NCBI GenBank assembly: GCA_963716725.1
Contig: CAVQUB010000011.1
Coordinates: forward strand, 320,001-384,000
Length of the DNA stretch: 64,000 nt
DNA from: an uncultured delta proteobacterium
Lineage (GTDB): Bacteria; Myxococcota_A; Polyangia; Polyangiales; Polyangiaceae
Direction: 5' to 3'
Every line of letters begins with the position of its first letter. Within the stretch, counting starts at the first letter, position 1. The notes beneath the pieces are model-generated. The model saw only the letters and a list, made by a program, of their open reading frames with translations. It searched no databases and had not been told where the DNA came from. Of this stretch, positions 19,549 through 29,592 are shown piece by piece. The translations under genes and the position numbers were made by a program.

Positions 19549-20433
19549 CTAGCATCCGTGAGGAGCGGCTGCAACGGCGGCGCCGAGCGCGTCGATGAGG
19601 AGTGCGTTGACCTGCGCCGGGTCTTCTTGGTGAGCGAAGTGGCCGGTGTTCGGCAGCACGTGCAGCGCAAGTTGGGGTGCGATCCGGTGGTGCTCGGCTG
19701 CGAGCTCGGGCACGAAGCAGGCGTCGTCTTCGGCCCAGATCAAGGTCACGGGTCGCTCGACCCGCGGCAACTCGGGAGGCACGAACAAATGCCGCAACCC
19801 AGCGCGAATAGCTGTGCGGTAGTACGCGAGGGGCGCGCGCAGCGACGCGACGCGACCCACGGCTCCGCGCGCCGTGGCGATGAGCTCGGCGGGGGCGCGC
19901 TCGGCGCCGGGCGTCTCTCGGAACATGCGCCCGAGGTTCGCTGCGCCCCGCCGCGAGAGCCAGAGCTCGGGAACGACCGGCAGTTGGAAGAAGATCATGT
20001 ACCAGCTCTTGGCGAGCTGTCTCGGGTTCGAGGCGAGGGCGATCTGCATCAGCACCGGATGCGCGCACGCAATCACCACCGCGCGCTCCACCAGCTCCGG
20101 ATGCTGGCCGGCCAACAGCCAGGCAATGGCGCCACCCCAGTCGTGCCCGACGACCCGCATCGGTGTGTCGCTCACCTCCCGGCACAGCCCCGCGACGTCC
20201 TGGACCAACGTGTCGAGATCGTACCCACCGCTCGGCCGGGCGCTCTCACCGTAGCCCCGCAGATCCGGCGCGATCACGCGGAGGCCGGCGGCGACCAAGG
20301 CGCCCATCTGCAGATCCCACGAGCGGTGGGTCTCCGGAAATCCGTGCAGCAGTACCACGGCTGGCCCGCTGCCTGCCTCCACGTAGTGCAGGCGGATGCC
20401 GTTCACCTTGGTGAAGTGATGGATCAGCTCCAT
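19549..20433 (-). CDS. alpha/beta hydrolase (epoxide hydrolase-like)
   Basis: LLHGFPE, PDLRGYGES, GHDWGG, GHFAHQE. Confidence 0.9.
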   Translation of the reverse strand: MELIHHFTKVNGIRLHYVEAGSGPAVVLLHGFPETHRSWDLQMGALVAAGLRVIAPDLRGYGESARPSGGYDLDTLVQDVAGLCREVSDTPMRVVGHDWGGAIAWLLAGQHPELVERAVVIACAHPVLMQIALASNPRQLAKSWYMIFFQLPVVPELWLSRRGAANLGRMFRETPGAERAPAELIATARGAVGRVASLRAPLAYYRTAIRAGLRHLFVPPELPRVERPVTLIWAEDDACFVPELAAEHHRIAPQLALHVLPNTGHFAHQEDPAQVNALLIDALGAAVAAAPHGC

Positions 20434-20452
20434 GCGCTCGAGCCTAGGGCAG

Positions 20453-21487
20453 TCACGGCATTGGGTGCGCGATGAAGAACTGCATCACGGCCTCGCCCCA
20501 CTTGAAGGGTGAGGACTGATCGCACTTGAAGGAGAACACCTGGCCCGGCTGCCCGCTGGGGTCGGTGCTGCCCGGATAGCAGTGCCCTCCGATCAGCGCC
20601 GCGCCGGTGTAGTCGTGTTGCAACATCTCGAACACGGTGCCCTTGGCGTTGGTGTAGCGATCCCAGACGTGCATGGCGTCCTGTGAAACGGGCGTGCCCT
20701 TGTTCATGCCCAGGACCTTGATCACGGCGTCGCGGCTGGTTTGTGCCGTGGAGAACGCGACCAGTGCGTCTTTGGTGCCGTGCATGTAGAGCATGGGCAT
20801 CTCTCGCTTGGGAGCCTTGCCCTTGGCGTAGCAGTTCTCCTGCACCGACTGTCCGAAGGCGGCCGGAGCCGCGCTCGCGATCACGTCCGAGTGGTCGCAG
20901 ATGAATCGCCAGGTCATGTCGCCCCCCTGGGAGAAGCCGGTGAAGTGGATCCGCTTTTCGTCGACGTGGAAGGCCGCGCGAGTGCGCTGCATGAAGTCGA
21001 AGACCTTGGTGTCGTCTTCGGCCGCAGCCCAACTCGACAGCGGCGGCGCGGGATCGGCGTTGGGGTTGACGACGATGTATCCGTGCTGCGCGCCGAGAGC
21101 GACGAGCTTGGTGTTCGCGTCCTCCATCTTGCCGCTCATCGAAAAACCGTGCACGTCGAAGATCAGCCCGCAGGCTTTCGTCAGACAGGCAGCGGGAACC
21201 GACACGTTCCACTTCAGGCCGCTGCAATCGAAGACGTGATCGGCCTTCGCGCTCACGTCCTTGATGCAGTCGTCGGCGACCGGTGGAGGAAACGCGCCTC
21301 CGCCCGAGCCCCCGCTGCCCGATGCGCCGCCGCTGGACACACCGCCCACGCCTGCGCCGCCACCGGTCGACGCTCCACCGGAGCTGGACGCTCCGCCCGT
21401 CGCCTTCGCTCCGCCATCGTCATCGTCGGAGCCGCACCCGCTGGTCAACGCGAAGACCGCTGCCAGGACCCACCACTTTGCCCGCAT
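20453..21487 (-). CDS. esterase / PHB-depolymerase (LpqC-like) lipoprotein
   Basis: lipobox TSGC; DVHGF, TGFSQGG, HGTKDALV, GGHCYPG. Confidence 0.8.
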   Translation of the reverse strand: MRAKWWVLAAVFALTSGCGSDDDDGGAKATGGASSSGGASTGGGAGVGGVSSGGASGSGGSGGGAFPPPVADDCIKDVSAKADHVFDCSGLKWNVSVPAACLTKACGLIFDVHGFSMSGKMEDANTKLVALGAQHGYIVVNPNADPAPPLSSWAAAEDDTKVFDFMQRTRAAFHVDEKRIHFTGFSQGGDMTWRFICDHSDVIASAAPAAFGQSVQENCYAKGKAPKREMPMLYMHGTKDALVAFSTAQTSRDAVIKVLGMNKGTPVSQDAMHVWDRYTNAKGTVFEMLQHDYTGAALIGGHCYPGSTDPSGQPGQVFSFKCDQSSPFKWGEAVMQFFIAHPMP

Positions 21488-21544
21488 GAGGGTCACAGTA
21501 GCGCGTTTTCTCCGCCCCACGACCCGCGCTAGACTCTCGACGTC

Positions 21545-22633
21545 ATGCGAGGCGCTCTCGGACTTGGGCTCGGGCTGGTGATTGGTGCCGCCTTCGCGGG
21601 CGCCGCCTGCGGCTCGGACGAGCCCGCCGATACGGGCTTCAGCGCGGGGAACGACGCCTCGGTGGACGTGTTCCTGGGCAGCGACGCCTCCATCTGGCCC
21701 GACGTGGATCCGACCCCCGACGCCGGACCCGGACCGAGCCCCGGCTTCGACGCCGCGGATACCGGCCCTCCGATCGTGAGCTGCACGGGGAAGGCGGGCA
21801 AGAAGGGCAGCGCGATCTCCATCAGCGTCCAGAGCGGCGGGCGCAAACGCAGCAGCCTCTTGCACATTCCCGACAAGTACGACCCCGCCTCGGGCGCGAT
21901 GTTGGTCTTGAATTTCCATGGCTTCACGTCCGCGGGCTGGCAGCAGGCGCTGCTCTCGCGCATGAGCCAAGAGAGCGATCAACGCGGCTTCATCGTGGCC
22001 TATCCCGAAGGCGTGTCCATGAGTTGGAACGCCGGCGACTGCTGCGGCGTCGCCTGGACCGACGGCGTCGACGACCTGAAGTTCGTGCGCGATCTGCTCG
22101 ACGCCATCGAAGCCGAGTGGTGCATCGACAAGAAGCGGATCTTCGCCACTGGCATGTCCAATGGGGGCTTCTTCGCCCACCGCCTGGCGTGCTCGCTGAG
22201 CGATCGAATCGCGGCGGTGGCGCCGGTGGCCGGCGTGCTCGGTATCGAACCCAACACCTGCACGCCCTATCGGCCGATGCCGATCCTGGACATTCACGGC
22301 AGCTCCGACGGCATCGTGCCCTACGGCGGCGGCACGCCCCTCGTGCCCCAGCTCGGCGTCGGCTTGGTGTTCCGGTCCGTCCCCGAGACCATCGAGTTCT
22401 GGCGCAAGAAGAACGGTTGTTCGACCTTCGAGCAGGAGATCTTCGCCAAGGGCGACGCGCGTTGCGTCCGCTATCCGGACTGTCAGGCCGGCGTCGGCAC
22501 CGTGCACTGCCGCATCGACGGCGGCGGGCACACCTGGCCCGGCGGGCTCGCCATTCCAGCGGGCAAGACCTCCAGCGACCTCAGCGCGACGACGACGATG
22601 CTGGACTTCTTCGAGGCGAACTCCCTGCCCTGA
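21545..22633 (+). CDS. LpqC-like esterase / PHB-depolymerase lipoprotein
   Basis: lipobox GAAC; NFHG, SWNAGDCCG, TGMSNGG, HGSSD, GGGHTWPGG. Confidence 0.85.
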   Translation: MRGALGLGLGLVIGAAFAGAACGSDEPADTGFSAGNDASVDVFLGSDASIWPDVDPTPDAGPGPSPGFDAADTGPPIVSCTGKAGKKGSAISISVQSGGRKRSSLLHIPDKYDPASGAMLVLNFHGFTSAGWQQALLSRMSQESDQRGFIVAYPEGVSMSWNAGDCCGVAWTDGVDDLKFVRDLLDAIEAEWCIDKKRIFATGMSNGGFFAHRLACSLSDRIAAVAPVAGVLGIEPNTCTPYRPMPILDIHGSSDGIVPYGGGTPLVPQLGVGLVFRSVPETIEFWRKKNGCSTFEQEIFAKGDARCVRYPDCQAGVGTVHCRIDGGGHTWPGGLAIPAGKTSSDLSATTTMLDFFEANSLP

Positions 22634-22664
22634 GCGGCGTTTTCTGGGTATTTTCGGGTTCTCT

Positions 22665-22681
22665 CCTGAACACATTCGTAG
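22665..22681 (-). promoter_or_regulatory. candidate myxobacterial LexA (SOS) box
   Basis: revcomp CTACGAATGTGTTCAGG matches the recalled M. xanthus consensus CTRHAMRYBYGTTCAGS with one mismatch; lies in an AT-rich intergenic region. Confidence 0.4.
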
Positions 22682-22816
22682 TACTGCCAAGGACGTCACT
22701 CGAGGTCCCCGACCTGGGACGTGAGTGAGACTGAGCGGGCAGAGTCCCCGCAGGGCATCATGCAGGCCGCGAGGCACCTCTCCATCGTCCGCGCCGTCGG
22801 AGCGCCAAGGCACCAG

Positions 22817-24373
22817 ATGAAGCTCGCTGCGATCGACATTGGGAGCAACTCCGTCCACATGATCGTGGCCGGCACACGCGACAACCATTCCTTCGAGATC
22901 CTGGATCGCGAAAAGGAGATGGTCTTCCTGGGCAAGAGCGTATTCGACCAGGGTCGCCTCAGCGAAGAGGCCGCCGCTCGTGGCTTGAGCGCCATCCTCA
23001 AGTTCCACAAGCTCGCGCTGCGCCACGGGGTCAGCGACATCCGAGCGGTGGCCACCTCCGCTGTGCGAGAGGCCGACAACGGCGGCGAGTTCTTGTACGC
23101 CATCGCCGAGCAGACCGGCATCGTGCCGCAGGTCATCACCGGCGCTGAAGAGGCGCGCTACATCTACCTCTCGGTCCGCAACGCCATCGATCTCTCCAAC
23201 CGCGGAGCGCTGATCCTCGACATCGGCGGCGGCAGCGTCGAGACTATTGTCGGCGACGCGCGATCGATGTGGCTCGGACGCAGCCTCAAGCTCGGCGTGC
23301 AGCGACTGCGTGCCGAGTTCGGCGGCGGCGCCGCCCTGGGCAAACGCGAGAAGAAAGAGCTCGAAGACCACGTGGGCAAGGTGGCCGAGAAAGCCTTGCT
23401 CGAGGCCCGGGCCGCAAAGTTCGATTTGGCCATTGGCACCAGCGGCACCATCCTGGCGCTGGGGCAGGCCGCCCACCGACTGAAGGGCGGCGAGCCCTGG
23501 ACCAACGCCACCGGTCACGTCGTCAGCCTCGAAGACCTGAGAGCGCTCGCCGAGCGACTGATCAACGTGAGCCCGGCAGAGCGCGCGCTGATCGGCGGCA
23601 TCGACGCCAACCGCGCGGACTCGATCCACGTCGGCGCCGTGCTGCTCTGCACCTTGCTCGAGCTGTCCAAGCAGGATCGCATCACCCTCTGCGAAGCCGC
23701 GCTGCGCGAGGGGCTGGTGCTCGACTACCTCGAGAACAGCGCCGACACCATCCGCCAGTTCGACGTCGTCAAGGACATCCGTCGGCACAGCGTGATGGAG
23801 CTGGCACGCCGTTGCGGCCAATCGGGACCGCACCCCGAGCACGTGGCCGCCCTGGCGCTCTCGATCTTCGACCAGACCCGGCACCTGCACCGTCTCGGTG
23901 ACGACCAGCGCAGCTTGCTCGAGTACGCGGGCATCTTGCACGACGTCGGGCAACACATCGGCTACGAACGCCACGAGCACCACGCGGCCTACATCATCAG
24001 GAACGGCGAGCTCCGCGGCTTCTCCGACCGGGAGCGCGAGCTGATCGCGATGCTCGCGCGCTACCACCGAAAATCGCGCCCCAAGCGCCGGGATGCCGAC
24101 TACGCGGCGCTTCCCTCGCGACAGCGCCGGACCGTGCGGGTGCTCTCGGGCATCCTCCGCCTCGCGGACGGCCTCGACCGCAGCCACCACCAGTTCGTCA
24201 CGGGTGTGGTCATCGACGAGCGCGACGGCGCGCTACACTTCGACGTCGTCACCCAAGGCGACGCCGAGCTCGAGGTGTGGGGAGCGCGTCGCAAAGGCAA
24301 CCTGCTCGAACGCGAGCTCGGCCGCTCCTTCGAGCTCTGTATGACGACCCCCACCAAGGCCGCGAGCGCGTGA
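22817..24373 (+). CDS. ppx: Ppx/GppA phosphatase with C-terminal HD domain
   Basis: AAIDIGSNS, ATSAVREADN, GAEEA, DIGGGSVE, LREG, LHDVG. Confidence 0.9.
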   Translation: MKLAAIDIGSNSVHMIVAGTRDNHSFEILDREKEMVFLGKSVFDQGRLSEEAAARGLSAILKFHKLALRHGVSDIRAVATSAVREADNGGEFLYAIAEQTGIVPQVITGAEEARYIYLSVRNAIDLSNRGALILDIGGGSVETIVGDARSMWLGRSLKLGVQRLRAEFGGGAALGKREKKELEDHVGKVAEKALLEARAAKFDLAIGTSGTILALGQAAHRLKGGEPWTNATGHVVSLEDLRALAERLINVSPAERALIGGIDANRADSIHVGAVLLCTLLELSKQDRITLCEAALREGLVLDYLENSADTIRQFDVVKDIRRHSVMELARRCGQSGPHPEHVAALALSIFDQTRHLHRLGDDQRSLLEYAGILHDVGQHIGYERHEHHAAYIIRNGELRGFSDRERELIAMLARYHRKSRPKRRDADYAALPSRQRRTVRVLSGILRLADGLDRSHHQFVTGVVIDERDGALHFDVVTQGDAELEVWGARRKGNLLERELGRSFELCMTTPTKAASA

Positions 24374-25245
24374 GAATCGGCGTCGACTTCGGCGGCACGC
24401 GGATCAAAGCCGGCCGGGTGGAAGGCGCATCGATTGTTGCCTCCGAGGCCGTGCCCACGCTCGCCGGCGGCCCACCCGGCGCTGTCCTGGATCAGATCGC
24501 CGAAGTCGTGCTCCGCCTGGCCGATGCGCCGTCGCAGGTCGGCGTCGCCATCCCCGGAGAGGTCGACGCCGCCGGACGCTGCTACCGCCTGCCCAACGTC
24601 CCGGGCTTCGAGGGCGTGAACATCCAGAGCGAGCTCCGGAGCCGGCTCGGTGTCCCCGTCTCCGTAGAAAACGACGCGACCTCGGCCGCGCTCGGCGAGT
24701 TGTTGTTCGGCCACGGCCGCGCGCACCGGAGCTTCCTGGTGGCAACGCTGGGCACCGGCGTCGGCGGCGGATTGGTCATCGACGGCGCGCTACGCCGCGG
24801 CGCCCACGGCTTCGCCGGGGAGATCGGGCACCTGCTGGTCGACAGCGCGCCGACCGCCGCCATGTGCGCCTGCGGGCTGCGCGGCTGCATGGAGGTCACC
24901 GCGGGCACGCGCGGCCTCATGGCGCGCTACGCGGAGCTCGGCGGGGTCGCGGACCAGCCGGCCCGCGTGGCTGCGCGCGCGCGCAGCGGTGATCCGAACG
25001 CGCTCCTGGCCTATTCCGACATGGGCCGGGCCCTGGGCATCGGCCTCGCACAAATCCAGAAGGTCCTCGACCTTGACGCATTGGTGTTCGGGGGCGGTAT
25101 CAGCGCCTCATTCGACCTGATCGAGCCCTCGCTCCGCGCCAGCCTGCGCTCCGCGGTGTTCGGTCCGCCGACGGCCGAAGTGCCGCTGCTCGTCAGCGAA
25201 CTGGGCGACGCCGCGGGAGTGCTGGGCGCGGCGCACTTGCCCTGA
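24370..25245 (+). CDS. ROK family sugar kinase
   Basis: GVDFGGT, VENDA, LGTGVGGG, GEIGH, CACGLRGCME. Confidence 0.9.
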   Translation: MRIGVDFGGTRIKAGRVEGASIVASEAVPTLAGGPPGAVLDQIAEVVLRLADAPSQVGVAIPGEVDAAGRCYRLPNVPGFEGVNIQSELRSRLGVPVSVENDATSAALGELLFGHGRAHRSFLVATLGTGVGGGLVIDGALRRGAHGFAGEIGHLLVDSAPTAAMCACGLRGCMEVTAGTRGLMARYAELGGVADQPARVAARARSGDPNALLAYSDMGRALGIGLAQIQKVLDLDALVFGGGISASFDLIEPSLRASLRSAVFGPPTAEVPLLVSELGDAAGVLGAAHLP

Positions 25246-25377
25246 ACTCCCGCCAGCCCCCGAACGCGCGCTTCCTCGTCCATCAGCGCCGGCTCGACCA
25301 CGCGGTCCATCGGGCGCGAGCCTGCCCGTTTGCTAAAAACTAGACAGCCATTCAGTGCTGGCTGTATGAACAGTGTC

Positions 25378-25635
25378 ATGAACCTCGACACCTCGGAAAC
25401 CCTCGTTTTGGTTGGACTTCTAGATCTGGCTCAGGCCGACCGCGCGGCAACGGTCCTCCGGCTGGCGGCGGAGACGGATCTGCCCCGCGACTCGGTGGAG
25501 GGCTGCCTCGAGCGGCTCGACCAGGCGGGGCTGGCGGACTGCGAACGGCTCCGCCTCACCCTCACCGGCCTCGCCATCGCCTTGGCCGTGGCCCCCCGCG
25601 CCCGGCGCCTCCGGATGCGAGTGGTCGCGGCCTGA
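25378..25635 (+). CDS. small winged-HTH-like protein
   Basis: TVLRLAAETDLPRDSVEGCLERLDQAGL...RLTLTG pattern. Confidence 0.55.
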   Translation: MNLDTSETLVLVGLLDLAQADRAATVLRLAAETDLPRDSVEGCLERLDQAGLADCERLRLTLTGLAIALAVAPRARRLRMRVVAA

Positions 25636-25679
25636 GAGCACGATCGACTGCCCACGCCCATCGCGCTAGCGATGTCGCC

Positions 25680-26660
25680 ATGAAGGCCATCGTCATTCGG
25701 GAGCCCGGCGGTCCCGAAGTGCTCTCACTCGAAGAGGTCCCCGAGCCGAGCCTCGGCGCCGGCCAGATCGCCATCGACGTGAAGGCCACGGCGCTCAACC
25801 GCGCCGACCTGCTCCAACGCCGCGGGATCTACCCGCCGCCCAAGGGCGAGAGCGAGATCCTGGGCCTCGAATGCGCAGGGGTGGTCGCCGCCCACGGGCC
25901 CGGCGCCGGCGGACCGCCGATCGGCTCGCGCGTGATGGCGCTGCTCGCAGGCGGCGGATACGCCGAACGCGTGGTGATCCCCGAACGCATGGCGCTGCCC
26001 ATTCCCGACGGGCTGTCGTTCGAGCAGGCTGCGGCGATCCCCGAGGCCTTCCTCACCGCGCAGGAGGCGCTCTTCACCCTAGGCCGCCTGGCTCCGGGTC
26101 AGACCGCCTTGGTGCACGCCTCCGCCGGGGGCGTGGGCTCCGCCGCCGTGCAGCTCGCGCACGAACATGGCGCCCGCGTCGTGGCCACCGCGGGCAGCAG
26201 CGACAAGCTCGAGCGAGTGCGCGCCCTGGGCGCCGATGTGCTCATCGACTACAAGACCCAGAGCTTCGCCGACGTCGTTCGCGACGTCACCGAAGGCCGG
26301 GGTGCCGACGTGGTGCTCGACTTCGTCGGCGGCGCCTACTTCGACCAGCACACCAGCTGCCTCGCGGTCGGCGGGCGGCTGATCGTGATCGGCGTACTCG
26401 GTGGCGCCACCGCGCAGCTGAACCTCGCGCAGCTCCTGATGCGTCGCTACCAGATCTTGGGCCTGGTGATGCGCTCGCGATCCGTCACGGACAAAGTCGC
26501 CATCAGCCAGACCTTCGCGCGGGACTGGCTGCCCCGCTTCGGCAGCGGCAAGCTGACGCCGGTGGTGGACTCGGTGATGGCGCTCGCCGATGCGCGGCGG
26601 GCCCACGAGCGCATGGAAGCCAACGCCAACGTGGGCAAGATCGTGCTCAGAGTCGGCTGA
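25680..26660 (+). CDS. NAD(P)H:quinone oxidoreductase (PIG3/MDR family)
   Basis: GGPEVL, LNRADLLQRRGIYPPPKGES, HASAGGVGSAAVQLA, NVGKIVL. Confidence 0.92.
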   Translation: MKAIVIREPGGPEVLSLEEVPEPSLGAGQIAIDVKATALNRADLLQRRGIYPPPKGESEILGLECAGVVAAHGPGAGGPPIGSRVMALLAGGGYAERVVIPERMALPIPDGLSFEQAAAIPEAFLTAQEALFTLGRLAPGQTALVHASAGGVGSAAVQLAHEHGARVVATAGSSDKLERVRALGADVLIDYKTQSFADVVRDVTEGRGADVVLDFVGGAYFDQHTSCLAVGGRLIVIGVLGGATAQLNLAQLLMRRYQILGLVMRSRSVTDKVAISQTFARDWLPRFGSGKLTPVVDSVMALADARRAHERMEANANVGKIVLRVG

Positions 26661-26726
26661 CGCCGTGCCGCGGTTTTGACGGAGGTGCGGCAGCACCGAG
26701 CGGCGTGCGTTGGCATCGGTGCTACG

Positions 26727-27716
26727 TCAGCGAAACCGCGCCACCATGCCGGCGCTTGCCGACCAGCTCACCGCCGGCACTTCGTGCACGACGACCTCGG
26801 GCTTCTCGAACACGAATTCGTGTCGAGTCAGGGGGAAGCCCATCGCGCCTTCGACACCAAAGGAGAGGCCCGGGTCGGGAGAGAGTTCCATGCGGCCGAG
26901 CGCATGGGCCGCGAACCACGGCTCCCGCGCGCTCTTCGGCCGAACGATGCGATCGCTCTCCTTGCCCGCCGCGCGCACGAATCCCCCTTCGAGCCCAGCG
27001 CAGGGGACCAACGCGAAGCCCTCGCTCGCGGCCAACCGCCAGGGGCAGCCGGAGAGTCGCAGCGCGACCAACGCGAACTCGGCGCTGCCGGCGTCGATCG
27101 TCGCAGGTCCAGTGTCGGAGTAGAACAACGACACCCGCGCGGCGCGCTGACGGTGGAGCACCTCGCCCACCGCGGCCACTGCCGGGGCGATCTTCGGGGC
27201 AAAGCTCCGTTCGATACCCACGGAAGCGCCGAAGCCGAACACCGTCGCTGGCTCCGCGCGGGCACCTGGCGGCGGCGGCGGCGATTCGGGCGGCGGCGGC
27301 GGCGGCGTCACGCTCTGCGGTTCCTTGGGCAGCGGCTTCGCAGCGACTCCCTCTCGCGCGACGCGCGCTTCGATGGCGAGGGCCGTGATGAGCGCCATCG
27401 CATTGACTGCTTCGTCGCAGCTCGCGGAGGTCACCTCGCGCGTGGCGTGGGATCCGTCGTGATCCGTGAATTCGAGCGTGACGCGCAGGCCGCCAGCTGT
27501 CGGCTCGGCGGTGACGCGATAAGTGCGCGCCAAGTCCGCCGACCCCGCGATGCGGCCGCGATCGAGGCGCGTTTCGACTTCGCGCTGAAACGCCGCGGCG
27601 CTGGGACAACCTTCGGGCCCGCTGTAGTCGAGCCGTACCGACACGTCCTGGGCCCTGGCGATCCTCGCCGCTCCCATCGTAATCCCGAGCACGGCGAGCA
27701 GGGCCAAGCCACGCAT
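26727..27716 (-). CDS. secreted hypothetical protein with Pro-rich linker and C-terminal beta-rich domain
   Basis: signal peptide MRGLALLAVLG; YSGPEGCPSAAAF; poly-Pro linker. Confidence 0.7.
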   Translation of the reverse strand: MRGLALLAVLGITMGAARIARAQDVSVRLDYSGPEGCPSAAAFQREVETRLDRGRIAGSADLARTYRVTAEPTAGGLRVTLEFTDHDGSHATREVTSASCDEAVNAMALITALAIEARVAREGVAAKPLPKEPQSVTPPPPPPESPPPPPGARAEPATVFGFGASVGIERSFAPKIAPAVAAVGEVLHRQRAARVSLFYSDTGPATIDAGSAEFALVALRLSGCPWRLAASEGFALVPCAGLEGGFVRAAGKESDRIVRPKSAREPWFAAHALGRMELSPDPGLSFGVEGAMGFPLTRHEFVFEKPEVVVHEVPAVSWSASAGMVARFR

Positions 27717-27774
27717 CGGCGCGAGGCTCGCACCGGAAGAGCGCGGTCGCAACCGGTGCTATACGCGGGCGGTC

Positions 27775-28701
27775 ATGTCCCCAGTCGTCGAGGCCGCTGC
27801 CCTCGAGAAGCGCTACGCGGACTTCGTCGCAGTGGCGGGCGTCGACTTTCGCATCGAGAAGGGCGAGTGCTTCGGCTTCCTGGGACCCAACGGCGCGGGC
27901 AAGACCAGCACCATGCGCATGCTCCAGTCCGTGGCGCTGCCCAGCGCGGGGCGCCTGTCGGTGCTCGGCATGGACCCGCACCGCGACGGCAAACGGATCC
28001 GCTCGCGCCTCGGCGTCTGCCCGCAGGCGGACAACCTCGATCCCGACCTGCCCGTGATCGACAACCTCTTGGTCTACGGCAGCTACTTTCCCCAGCCTCG
28101 AGAGCTCACGGCGCGTCGGGCCGACGAACTGCTCGACTTCGTCGCGCTGCGCGACAAGCGTGACCGCGCCATCGCCGAACTCTCCGGTGGCATGAAGCGG
28201 CGCCTGGTGATCGCCCGGGCGCTGATCAATGAGCCCGAGCTGCTGCTCTTGGACGAGCCCACCACGGGCCTCGACCCCCAAGCGCGCCACTTGATCTGGA
28301 CCAAGCTCCGCGAGCTCCGTGCGCGCGGCGTGACGATGGTGCTCACGACCCACTACATGGATGAAGCCGAGCGGCTCTGCGATCGGCTGGTGATCATGGA
28401 CTCCGGCAAGGTCCTCGCCGAAGGCGCGCCGCGCACGCTGATCGAGACGCACGTCGGGCAAGAGGTCTTCGAACTGGGCTCTACCGCCGCCGAGGCTCGG
28501 GCTTTCTTGGACGGTTTCGATCTCAGCGGCACCGAGCACGAGCACTCGGGGGACGTGTTTGCGGTCTTCTTGCGAGAAAAGGCCGAGCTTTCCCAGCGCT
28601 TGGTCGCGCGGGCGCGCCAGCTCGGCGCGCGGTACTTGCTGCGCAACGCCTCCCTCGAAGACGTGTTCTTGAAGCTCACGGGACGGGAGCTCGACGAGTG
28701 A
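27775..28701 (+). CDS. ABC transporter ATP-binding protein (NodI-like)
   Basis: GPNGAGKTS, LSGGMKRR, LDEPTTGLDPQARH, TTHYMDEA. Confidence 0.93.
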   Translation: MSPVVEAAALEKRYADFVAVAGVDFRIEKGECFGFLGPNGAGKTSTMRMLQSVALPSAGRLSVLGMDPHRDGKRIRSRLGVCPQADNLDPDLPVIDNLLVYGSYFPQPRELTARRADELLDFVALRDKRDRAIAELSGGMKRRLVIARALINEPELLLLDEPTTGLDPQARHLIWTKLRELRARGVTMVLTTHYMDEAERLCDRLVIMDSGKVLAEGAPRTLIETHVGQEVFELGSTAAEARAFLDGFDLSGTEHEHSGDVFAVFLREKAELSQRLVARARQLGARYLLRNASLEDVFLKLTGRELDE

Positions 28702-29471
28702 GCGGGGCCACCAGCTTCTGGCACGGCGCCTCGCGGGTCGCCGGGCGAAACCTCAGCGTGTGGCGACGCTACGCCGCCGCGAGCGCTCTCGGCAATTTCG
28801 GTGAGCCATTGCTCTATCTAGTTGCGCTGGGCTACGGCCTCGGACGCGTGGTGCCGCCCATCGACGGCCTCAGCTACGCGGAATTTCTCGCGCCCGCGTT
28901 GATCGTCTCGACGGTGATGTACACCGCGACCTTCGAGGGCACCTTCGGCGCCTACACCCGCCTGACGACCCAGGGGACCTTCGAAGCCATCCTCGCGACG
29001 CCCGTGACCATCGCCGAGGTGGTGGCGGGCGAAATCTTGTGGGGCGGGATCAAGAGCACCTTCGGCGCGGCGGTGGTGCTCGGCGTCGTGACGGCTTTCG
29101 GACTCGTTCCGTCCTGGCTCGCCCTCGGAGTGCTGCCGCTCGGTTTCGTGGCGGGGGCGATGTTCTTCGCCATGGCGATGTGCATGACGGCCATCTCGAA
29201 GAGTTACGAGTTCTTCAACTACTACTTCACGCTCTTGGTGGCGCCGATGTTCCTCTTCAGCGGAGTGTTCTTCCCGCTGGAGAACGCGCCGCGCTGGGCG
29301 CTGGCGCTGGCCCAGCTCCTGCCGCTCACCCACGTGGTCGCAGTGTCTCGAGGGCTGGTCCGGGGGACGCCGACGCTCGGCACCTTGGGGCACGCCGCGG
29401 TCCTGGTCGTCTGCGCCGCCCTGGCCTTTGCGGGGGCGGCTCGGCTGCTCCGCCGTCGGCTTCAGATCTGA
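28698..29471 (+). CDS. ABC-2 permease (NodJ-like)
   Basis: EPLLYLVALGYGLG, PMFLFSGVFFP; GTGA overlap. Confidence 0.9.
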   Translation: MSGATSFWHGASRVAGRNLSVWRRYAAASALGNFGEPLLYLVALGYGLGRVVPPIDGLSYAEFLAPALIVSTVMYTATFEGTFGAYTRLTTQGTFEAILATPVTIAEVVAGEILWGGIKSTFGAAVVLGVVTAFGLVPSWLALGVLPLGFVAGAMFFAMAMCMTAISKSYEFFNYYFTLLVAPMFLFSGVFFPLENAPRWALALAQLLPLTHVVAVSRGLVRGTPTLGTLGHAAVLVVCAALAFAGAARLLRRRLQI

Positions 29472-29592
29472 TTGTTTTCCAACACTTGCGTCGTTGCGTG
29501 ATCAATCTCTTCGGGCTCGGGGATTAGACTCCGAAGTGCAGTCCGTGGTGAGCCCCATCGAGCGACCTCGAGCGTCGGAGCCCGCGCTGCCG

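Noticed and set aside
20453..24190. 1245-aa minus-strand ORF
   Set aside because: Only the last ~344 aa (from MRAKWW) are a real esterase; the rest is the antisense shadow of the LpqC-like and ppx genes
27775..29471. nodulation function for the NodI/NodJ-like ABC pair
   Set aside because: Family similarity only; no nodABC genes, and such exporters are widespread
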